Positions 27,301 to 34,084 of a DNA stretch of 57,654 bases are shown here, one piece after another. Each line of letters starts with the position of its first letter. Within the stretch, counting starts at the first letter, position 1. The stretch spans positions 1 to 57,654 of the forward strand of contig JAZBOU010000178.1 of the NCBI GenBank assembly GCA_036351275.1. Reading direction: 5' to 3'. The notes under the pieces were generated by a model. The model worked only from the letters and a program-made list of their open reading frames with translations, had not been told where the DNA came from and made no database searches. A program made the translations under genes and the position numbers. The DNA comes from Bacteroidales bacterium (GTDB lineage Bacteria; Bacteroidota; Bacteroidia; Bacteroidales; B18-G4).

Positions 27301-28652
27301 CAGGTGCTGAGGTTCAGAAGCCACTTGCAACAGTCGTTATAGGGGGCATTATTACTTCAACTTTCCTTACTCTGGTATTCCTGCCCCTCATATATATCAT
27401 GTTTGACGACGGGTTGAAAATAGGACGGATCCAAATTAACAAAGGCCTCATTATACTCCTGGCCATGTTGCCTTTTGCCGGAGGGTTGACGGCACAGGAG
27501 GAAGAAGCAGTTCGAAAGATCAAAATTGATGATGCGGTTAACATTGCACTGGAAAATAATTACCAGTTGGAAAATGCCAGGCTGGATATTGATAAGGCAA
27601 ACAAAATACGGAAGACAAGCTTTGACCTTCCTCCTCCTGAATTGTACCTTGAACTGGGACAGATCAATTCCAACCTGCACGATCGTTATTTCTCAGTTAG
27701 CCAGTCGTTCCGCTTTCCAACGATTTACACTTCACAGGGGAAACTGAACAGGGCCATGACAGATCTTGAAGAGGAAAAATTATCCATGACGAGAAGTGAG
27801 ATTGTGGCAAGCGTAATATCATTGTACAGCAACTGGCTGTTGTTCCATGAACAAATGAAGCTGGTGATCAGGATTGACAGCATATACCAGGATTTTCTTG
27901 AAGCAGCAGAATCCCGGTTTAACTCTGGCGACATCAATGCCCTTGAAATGGTCATGGCTGAATCAAAGGCAGCAGCCATTATGAATACTTACCAGCGCAT
28001 ACATACCGATATGGTTATCACTGAAAATGACCTCAAGGTAATGATGAATTCCAATGATAACTTTATGCCATCGGAAAACGAAATGATCCGGATGGAACTC
28101 AGTCTCCCGGGTGATTCTTTGAGCATTGTGGACAATCCATATGTTTCATACATCAGGCAATATTCTGCTGTGCAGGATGCCGTTGTAAAAAACGAAGGTT
28201 CACGCTACTTGCCCGATTTCAGTATCGGATACTTTAACCAGTCGATCGATAAAGTTGACGGATTTGACGGTATCCAGCTGGGCATGAGTTTCCCGATATG
28301 GTTCTGGAGCCATTCCGGGAAAGTAAAAGCTGCGCGTATTGAGCGTGATAAAGCTGAAAATCAACTCAACGCTGAGATAAGGCGCACCCGGCTTGAGCTG
28401 GAAAACCAGTTCAGGCAACTCGATAAATACTCCCTTGTGCTGGATTACTATGAAGAAAACGCCCTGCGACAGGCAAAACTTATCCTCAAACATTCGCTGA
28501 AAGCTTTTACCACCGGCAATATCAGCTATATCGAATATGCCAATGCCTCAGCCGATGCCTTTGATATAGAAATGGAATACCTTGAAGCAATTAACAATTT
28601 TAACCAAACCGTTATCAGGATCAATTACCTGATCGGCAGTTACCAGAATTAA
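24315..28652 (+). CDS. CusA/CzcA-family heavy-metal RND efflux pump fused to a TolC/CzcC-like outer-membrane factor
   Basis: 1445 aa. The first about 1040 aa are CzcA-like (12 TM helices, two large periplasmic loops). Residues about 1044-1060 form a signal-peptide-like hydrophobic segment ending LTAQ-EEE. The last about 385 aa have TolC-like coiled-coil/barrel repeats. Confidence 0.88.
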   Translation: MINRIINFSLQNRLIIGLLTLAMIAWGIYNFTILPIDAVPDITDNQVQVITVSPSLAPQEVEQFITFPVEIAMANIQDVKEIRSISRFGLSVVTIVFKDRLDPYLARQLVSEQIKIAEGEIPEGYGKPEMMPITTGLGEIYQYVLVPEPGFEHMYDPMTIRTIQDWIVKRQLSGIPGIVEISSFGGFIKQYEVSIQPRTLIGMDVSITEIFDALEQNNQNSGGSYIEKGPDVYYIRAEGLVEDIEDIKNIVIKNIGGNPILIGDVADVRIGAPPRFGAMTKDGKGEAVGGITLMLKGANSSGVISDVKERIEAVQKSLPRGLEIHPYLDRSKLISKTIKTVRNNLVEGGLIVIFVLILLLGNYRAGLIVASVIPLSMLFAFSMMNLFGVSANLMSLGAIDFGLIVDGSVIVVEGIIYQIHKSGLKGKISRSELDRNISIAGQRVSKSAVFGVIIILIVYIPILAFTGIEGKMFKPMAQTVSFALLGALILSLTYVPVMASITLGNASSLKTTFADRIVGFLEKSHRPVLLFALRHKMTFMAIVLGILAISIWKFTRMGGEFIPTLEEGDIAAQMTLQPGSSLSQSIASSTEAEKILLKNFPEVVEVVSKIGTAEVPTDPMAVEDADIMIVMKPKSEWVSAKTREELTEKMKEALSVLPGISFEFTQPIQLRFNELMTGVKSDVAVKIYGEDLDLLYSKATEAASIIEGIEGAGDVRVEQIVGLPQLVINYKRDKIARYGLNIHEVNRIIRTAFAGETAGMVFEGEKRFDLVVRLCEECRSNLQSLSNLRVSNPSEELILLNQVADISINEGPMQISRDNTSRRITIGINVRNRDVESFISEVNEKLDTQFELPAGYYLTYGGQFENLQAARRSSSIAVPISLVVILILLYFAFYSLKHALMIFTAIPLAAVGGIWALVLRGMPFSISAGVGFIALFGVAVLNGIVLISYYKQLKSEGMSDILERVLTGTRTRLRPVLMTASVAALGFVPMALSTAAGAEVQKPLATVVIGGIITSTFLTLVFLPLIYIMFDDGLKIGRIQINKGLIILLAMLPFAGGLTAQEEEAVRKIKIDDAVNIALENNYQLENARLDIDKANKIRKTSFDLPPPELYLELGQINSNLHDRYFSVSQSFRFPTIYTSQGKLNRAMTDLEEEKLSMTRSEIVASVISLYSNWLLFHEQMKLVIRIDSIYQDFLEAAESRFNSGDINALEMVMAESKAAAIMNTYQRIHTDMVITENDLKVMMNSNDNFMPSENEMIRMELSLPGDSLSIVDNPYVSYIRQYSAVQDAVVKNEGSRYLPDFSIGYFNQSIDKVDGFDGIQLGMSFPIWFWSHSGKVKAARIERDKAENQLNAEIRRTRLELENQFRQLDKYSLVLDYYEENALRQAKLILKHSLKAFTTGNISYIEYANASADAFDIEMEYLEAINNFNQTVIRINYLIGSYQN

Positions 28653-28663
28653 TCCTAATCACC

Positions 28664-29830
28664 ATGAATTCCAAGTTATACTTATTCTTATTTTTCCCTC
28701 TAACGCTGCTCCTGGCCTGCAACAGCAACCAGCCGGAAAATGATAATACTTATGAGCAGGCACCGGCCGCATCAGGAGGCGTTTTCCTTACTGCCGACCA
28801 GGTTAAATACGCAGGCATCGAATACGGATCGATCAGCAGTAAAAAGCTGTCGAGTGATGTAAATGCCCGGGGTGAACTTGTGTTACCGGTAAATGCAATT
28901 GCCGACCTGGTATGCCAGTATACCGGCCAGATAAAGGCTGTCATGGTCAAAGAGGGGGATAAGGTTAAGCGCGGACAGCTGGTGGCTACCCTGAATTCGC
29001 CCGAATTTATCAATGCGCAACAACGCTATTCAATGGTCAAGAATGAACTGGTGATGCTGCAGCAGGAATATGAACGGCAGAAAGAATTGAATAAGGATAA
29101 GGTGTCTTCCGACAAGTATTTCCAGAAAGCAGAAGCCGAATATAATGTTGCACTGGCTGAGCTCAAAGGACTCGGACTGCAGCTAAAAATGGCAGGAGTA
29201 GACCTGGCACTGCTGGAAAATGGGCACATCTCAGCTGAGCTAAAGATCATCTCCCCTCTTGAAGGATATGTCGAAAATATCGTTGTCAACCCCGGAAAAT
29301 TTGTCATGCAGGATGAACGTCTGATGCAGGTGATCAACAGGGAGGAATTGCTTATTGAACTCAGTGTTTTTGAAAAAGATATCATGAAGATCAAACCCGG
29401 GCAGAGTGTTAGCTTCAGCCTTTCAAACCTGAATGATGTTCGGCATGAAGCAACGGTTATTTCGATAGGAAATATTGTTCAGAAAGACAGCCGGATTGTG
29501 AAAGTACTGGCAGAATTCCGTAATCATAATACCGAGATGCTCCCGGGCATGTTTGTTGCATCGGAGATCCATACGGGTGAAATGGAAATCCGGGCTTTGC
29601 CCGACGAGGCCCTTGTCAGAACAGAGGGTGATAAGTGGTTTATCTACTATACTACCAAAGAGTGGCAGGAAGAAAAGGGTACCCTGTTCCGCAGCGTTCC
29701 TGTTGAAACAGGCCTGGCTCAGAGCGGGTATTCTGAGGTCAAACTGCAAGAAGCACTTCCTGACGATGCCATGATCGTTGTCAGCGGAGCTTATTTTTTA
29801 AAGACCGAACAGGCGAAGCAAGCAGAATAA
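28664..29830 (+). CDS. RND efflux periplasmic adaptor (membrane fusion protein, CzcB-like)
   Basis: 388 aa, lipobox LLLAC, with biotinyl-lipoyl-like, hairpin and beta-barrel segments typical of HlyD/CzcB. Confidence 0.9.
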   Translation: MNSKLYLFLFFPLTLLLACNSNQPENDNTYEQAPAASGGVFLTADQVKYAGIEYGSISSKKLSSDVNARGELVLPVNAIADLVCQYTGQIKAVMVKEGDKVKRGQLVATLNSPEFINAQQRYSMVKNELVMLQQEYERQKELNKDKVSSDKYFQKAEAEYNVALAELKGLGLQLKMAGVDLALLENGHISAELKIISPLEGYVENIVVNPGKFVMQDERLMQVINREELLIELSVFEKDIMKIKPGQSVSFSLSNLNDVRHEATVISIGNIVQKDSRIVKVLAEFRNHNTEMLPGMFVASEIHTGEMEIRALPDEALVRTEGDKWFIYYTTKEWQEEKGTLFRSVPVETGLAQSGYSEVKLQEALPDDAMIVVSGAYFLKTEQAKQAE

Positions 29831-30809
29831 TCAGCAAAGTGGTCGCAAGCAAGACCAGCAGAACAGAGATCCAGTAAATCCATACTGGCTGTGTCCTGAA
29901 AATGGCCGTCGCTGTATTGCCAATGATAAGCCATTGGATGACATAGGCCAGGGTTACATTCCGTCCAAGCCATGCAAAATACCCGAATATTTGATTCTTA
30001 CGGCTTATCCTGTGCATTATCCTGAACAGCTCGATCCATATAACCATAAACGCCAGGCCCCATAAGAAGAAAAGCAGTCCGTGGTGATAGTAGCGCGGGA
30101 GATCAGTTGTGATTTTTACTGCCCAGTGAGAACTCAGTATCAGAGGGATTCCCAATATTACTATCAGCCATCCGCTATATTTTGCAATGATCTCCGATAT
30201 GCCAAATCTCTCTTCCACCAGGGCATAACTATACCCTGCAAGAACCCATGCTGCCCATGGCAAAAAAGGGAAATATGACCAGTCTGCATTACTGATCACA
30301 AAAGCCATCAGGTATTGCTGCATGCCATCCAGCATGAAGTCATTCGGGAAAAGGTCACTACCTAGAGGAATCAGCACGGTAAAGAACAGGTAGACCCAAA
30401 TATTCCTGCCGGATAAAGCACGTAATATGGAAACGAAAATAAGGCTAAGCCCGGCCACGAATAGTATATCAGCTCCGAATATGTATGCAAACGGATCTAT
30501 TTGAAGATCACCCGTCCAGATCCTGATGAGCAGATGCATATTCAGCCCTATGTTGAGCAGAAGGCCGAGTAAGATCAACTTCAATCCGCGAAGTATCTGC
30601 TTATACATACTCTGATGGGAATATGCAGCAAAATACCCCATGATACTCATAAACACAGGGGCAGCGGGAATCCCCCCGAGAAATAGGGAGGCTTTGCCAA
30701 ATGTACTCCCGTAAACTTCAGGAAGCAGAAATAGTTCCATGACATGTACCTGTATCATCAGGATTACCGCCACGCCCTTTAAAATATCCGGCAAGACTTT
30801 CCGTTGCAT
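29781..30809 (-). CDS. DUF1624 / heparan-alpha-glucosaminide N-acetyltransferase-like membrane acyltransferase
   Basis: The ATG at 30809 gives MQRKVLPDILKGVAVILMIQVHVMELF, the typical family N-terminus. About 10 TM helices. The 3' end overlaps the czcB-like gene by 50 nt, convergently. Confidence 0.6.
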   Translation of the reverse strand: MQRKVLPDILKGVAVILMIQVHVMELFLLPEVYGSTFGKASLFLGGIPAAPVFMSIMGYFAAYSHQSMYKQILRGLKLILLGLLLNIGLNMHLLIRIWTGDLQIDPFAYIFGADILFVAGLSLIFVSILRALSGRNIWVYLFFTVLIPLGSDLFPNDFMLDGMQQYLMAFVISNADWSYFPFLPWAAWVLAGYSYALVEERFGISEIIAKYSGWLIVILGIPLILSSHWAVKITTDLPRYYHHGLLFFLWGLAFMVIWIELFRIMHRISRKNQIFGYFAWLGRNVTLAYVIQWLIIGNTATAIFRTQPVWIYWISVLLVLLATTLLIILLASPVRSLKNKLR

Positions 30810-30949
30810 ATAATCGCGTAATTTGACACAAAATAGGAAAAAATCCGTATTAAGTATAATATACCCTGGAACAACTATAGGGTAAGTATATTTAAAAGTG
30901 TATATATTAAAAAGCATAATTAAACATTGCTCAGGAAATTTCATTAGGA

Positions 30950-31201
30950 ATGAAAATCAGGAAAAATATTGCAATCAGTGATTCCGGTTTCATCTTCAAT
31001 CCGGATACAGGCGAATCCTTCACTGCCAATCCAGTCGGGCTGGAAGTATTGGGTATGCTAAAGGAAGACCTTGATTTTGAAGCGATCAGAAAAAAATTGC
31101 TTTCCAGGTACAATTCTGATAAGGACACTGTGGAGAAAGACTTTTACGATTTCATTGGCATGCTTCACCAGTTTAAACTGATTGAAAAGGATGAAGGATA
31201 A
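30950..31201 (+). CDS. PqqD-family protein (RiPP-recognition-element fold)
   Basis: 83 aa. IAISDSGFIFNPDTGESFTANPVGLEVLGMLKEDLDFEAIRKKLLSRYNSDKDTVEKDFYDFIGMLHQFKLIE follows the PqqD pattern. The 3' end overlaps the ATP-grasp start by 11 nt. Confidence 0.75.
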   Translation: MKIRKNIAISDSGFIFNPDTGESFTANPVGLEVLGMLKEDLDFEAIRKKLLSRYNSDKDTVEKDFYDFIGMLHQFKLIEKDEG

Positions 31202-32237
31202 GAAAGTAACAATAGCGGTAACTGGACTCAATGCGATCGACAGCCCGGGCCCGGGCATTTCTGTGATCAGGGGGTTGAAAGAGGCCAAAGCTTTTGATGC
31301 ACGGATCATCGGGCTATCATATGAAACACTTGAGCCGGGTTTGTATATGCATGACCTGATCGATAAGAGTTATCAGATCCCTTATCCCTCGGCCGGAACA
31401 TCAATCCTGCTCGAACGCATCAAATATATCCACAGCAAGGAACAGCTTGATGTGATCATCCCCAACTTCGACGCGGAACTGATGCCTTTTATGAAACTCA
31501 GCCAGGAATTGAATAGGCTGGGTATAAAAACATTCCTTCCTGATGAAAAAATATACACGGAACGAGAAAAGTTCAACCTGCCGGAATTCGGGAAGAAGTA
31601 TGGTTTTCATGTCCCCGACAGTGAAGCTGTGTTTGATGTTGGCAAATTGCAAAAAGTTATGCGCGATTATGATTTCCCACTTGTCATCAAGGGAAAGTTC
31701 TACGATGCTGGTATCGCCCACAACACGGAGCAGGCCATCAGCCTCTACCATAAGATCAGTGCGAAGTGGGGCCTGCCCATAATCGTACAGGAATTCATCA
31801 AAGGCACCGAATTTAATGTTACCGGCCTTGGCGACGGAAAAGGGAATACGATTTCGGCCGTTCCCATGCGCAAACAATATATCACCGACAAGGGGAAAGC
31901 CTGGGGGGGCATCAGCATATCCGATAAGAAAATACTGGACCTCACCAACAAATTCCTTTCCTCCACGAAGTGGAAAGGTGGCTTTGAGCTGGAGCTCATG
32001 AAAAATGAGGACGGGGAGTTTTATATCCTCGAGATCAATCCGCGAATCCCGGCCTGGGTATATCTTGCAGTCGGTGTAGGACAGAACATACCCGAAGCAC
32101 TTGTTAAACTTGCGCTTGGCATGGACACTGAACCCTTTACGGATTACGCGGTCGGGAAGATGTTTATCCGCTATTCCTGGGATATGATCGTCGACCTGGA
32201 AGAATTTCAGCAAATATCAACATTTGGAGAACTATAA
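31191..32237 (+). CDS. ATP-grasp family carboxylate-amine ligase
   Basis: 348 aa from the ATG at 31191; the track start at 31182 is TTG. It has a pre-ATP-grasp domain, FPLVIKGKF, IIVQEFIKGTEFNV and FYILEINPRIPAW motifs. Confidence 0.8.
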   Translation: MKDKKVTIAVTGLNAIDSPGPGISVIRGLKEAKAFDARIIGLSYETLEPGLYMHDLIDKSYQIPYPSAGTSILLERIKYIHSKEQLDVIIPNFDAELMPFMKLSQELNRLGIKTFLPDEKIYTEREKFNLPEFGKKYGFHVPDSEAVFDVGKLQKVMRDYDFPLVIKGKFYDAGIAHNTEQAISLYHKISAKWGLPIIVQEFIKGTEFNVTGLGDGKGNTISAVPMRKQYITDKGKAWGGISISDKKILDLTNKFLSSTKWKGGFELELMKNEDGEFYILEINPRIPAWVYLAVGVGQNIPEALVKLALGMDTEPFTDYAVGKMFIRYSWDMIVDLEEFQQISTFGEL

Positions 32238-32286
32238 TACCGGTGAAGGGTACTGGGTACCGGGTACCGGGAAACAATAAAATATT

Positions 32287-33645
32287 ATGGAAAAGTTACG
32301 ATATGAAAGGCCGGTGATCAGGAAGCTGGAATCGGCTATGCCCAATAAATTTGGTTCAAGAACAGAGTTTACGCCAACTACTGATATTGATGGAGTCCCG
32401 GTAAAAAATCTTCTTGATGAATACGGTTCCCCCCTCTTTGTGATTTCGGAGAGAACCATCAGGAGCACTTATGAGAAAGCCCGGAAGGCGTTCACCAGCA
32501 GGTATCCCAGGGTACAGTTTGCCTGGTCGTACAAGACAAACTACCTCGATGCGATTTGCAATGTGTTCCACCAGGAAGGATCCTGGGCAGAAGTGGTATC
32601 GGGTTTTGAGTATGAAAAAGCCATTAGAAATGGGGTTCCCGGGAAAAAGATCATCTTTAACGGGCCGGACAAAACTGAAGATGAGCTGCGTAAAGCTATC
32701 ATGAACAACTCCCTGATACACATTGACCATCTCGATGAGCTTTATACCATCATTGAACTTGCCGATGAACTTAAGCTGAAACCCAAGGTAGCCATCAGGG
32801 TTAACATGGATACCGGCGTATATCCCATGTGGGACCGTTTCGGCTTCAATTACGAAAACGGGCAGGCATGGGATGCACTCAACAAGATCATGCGTTCGGA
32901 TAAACTCGAACTCCTGGGATTACATACACATATCGGCACCTTTATGCTTACCGCCCAGGCTTATGGCACTGCAGCCTATAAGCTGGCCGACCTGGCACTG
33001 GGTATACAAAAAAAGTACAATCACAAAATAAAATATATTGATATGGGAGGAGGTTTTGCCTCCAGGAACACCCTGAAGGGTGCCTACCTGCCGGGTTCCG
33101 ATACCAATCCCGACTTTGACGATTATGCCGAAGCGATCACCTCTGCACTTATCAATGCTGATTTTGGCCCGGATGAACTTCCGCTGCTGATCCTGGAAAC
33201 GGGCCGCGCACTGATCGATGATGCCGGGTACCTTCTTGGAACGGTTATATCGAACAAGCGGCTTGCCGATGGTCGCCGAAACACGATTATCGATGTGGGC
33301 GTTAATATCCTTTTTACCTCATTCTGGTATGAGCATAAGGTAAGCCCTGCGCAGGAATTTACACAATATGTTGAAGATACGGTATTATACGGGCCCCTGT
33401 GCATGAACATTGATGTGATCCGGGAGAGTATCAGCCTGCCCCTTATGAACAAGGGGGAGCACTTTGTCATACACTCCGTGGGTGCCTACAATATGACGCA
33501 ATGGATGCAATTTATTACCTTGCGTCCTAAAGTGGTGATGATCGATACCAAAGGAAAGGTACACCTTGTGCGTGAGCGGGAATCGATCGATAGCATCACG
33601 TCACTCGAAAGAGTGCCGGAATATTTGAAAACCTTCAAATTATAA
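32287..33645 (+). CDS. Type-III PLP-dependent decarboxylase (Orn/DAP/Arg decarboxylase family)
   Basis: 452 aa. FAWSYKTNYL (PLP-Lys), HIGT, IDMGGGF and ETGRALI motifs, plus a C-terminal beta-domain. Confidence 0.85.
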   Translation: MEKLRYERPVIRKLESAMPNKFGSRTEFTPTTDIDGVPVKNLLDEYGSPLFVISERTIRSTYEKARKAFTSRYPRVQFAWSYKTNYLDAICNVFHQEGSWAEVVSGFEYEKAIRNGVPGKKIIFNGPDKTEDELRKAIMNNSLIHIDHLDELYTIIELADELKLKPKVAIRVNMDTGVYPMWDRFGFNYENGQAWDALNKIMRSDKLELLGLHTHIGTFMLTAQAYGTAAYKLADLALGIQKKYNHKIKYIDMGGGFASRNTLKGAYLPGSDTNPDFDDYAEAITSALINADFGPDELPLLILETGRALIDDAGYLLGTVISNKRLADGRRNTIIDVGVNILFTSFWYEHKVSPAQEFTQYVEDTVLYGPLCMNIDVIRESISLPLMNKGEHFVIHSVGAYNMTQWMQFITLRPKVVMIDTKGKVHLVRERESIDSITSLERVPEYLKTFKL

Positions 33646-33654
33646 ACCAAGAAC

Positions 33655-34041
33655 ATGAGCTATTATATCACAAAGATCACAGAGGGAAATTTTAATGAAA
33701 CACTTGAAAAAGTGACCGAAGCCCTGAAAGATGTTGGTTTTGGTGTGATCACCGAGGTTAACATGAAAGAAAAACTGAAAGAAAAACTGGATGTCGACTT
33801 CAAGCAATATGTCATCCTGGGAGCCTGCAACCCCGGCTTTGCATATGAAGCCGTGCAGATGGAAGAAGAGCTGGGTGTCTTGCTGCCATGTAACGTGGTA
33901 GTGATCGACAAGGAAGACGGAAGGGTACAGGTATCAGCCATCGATGCAGCAAAAATGATGTCGGTTGTCGGAAATCCTGAACTGGACAAAATAGCTAAGA
34001 CTGTAAATGAACGTCTGGGGCAGGCTCTAAATAATTTATGA
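33655..34041 (+). CDS. DUF302 domain protein
   Basis: 128 aa. FGVITEVNMKEKLKEKLDVDFKQYVILGACNP is typical of DUF302. Confidence 0.75.
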   Translation: MSYYITKITEGNFNETLEKVTEALKDVGFGVITEVNMKEKLKEKLDVDFKQYVILGACNPGFAYEAVQMEEELGVLLPCNVVVIDKEDGRVQVSAIDAAKMMSVVGNPELDKIAKTVNERLGQALNNL

Positions 34042-34084
34042 GCGATGGAGCCCCGTAAAAGGGCGACAGCAGAACACAGGAACA

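Noticed and set aside
24315-28652. The CzcA-OMF fusion considered as a pseudogene or sequencing frameshift joining two genes.
   Set aside because: The frame is open across the junction and both halves are full length. The junction retains a plausible signal-peptide-like segment. This cannot be excluded without reads, so I report it as a finding rather than a pseudogene.
31401-32213. A 270-aa ORF antisense to the ATP-grasp gene, the longest shadow ORF in the window.
   Set aside because: It lies entirely inside a gene with clear ATP-grasp motifs. It has no recognisable motif, signal or promoter box. Its composition (Phe/Ile/Lys/Asp-rich) is what the reverse frame of a coding region gives.
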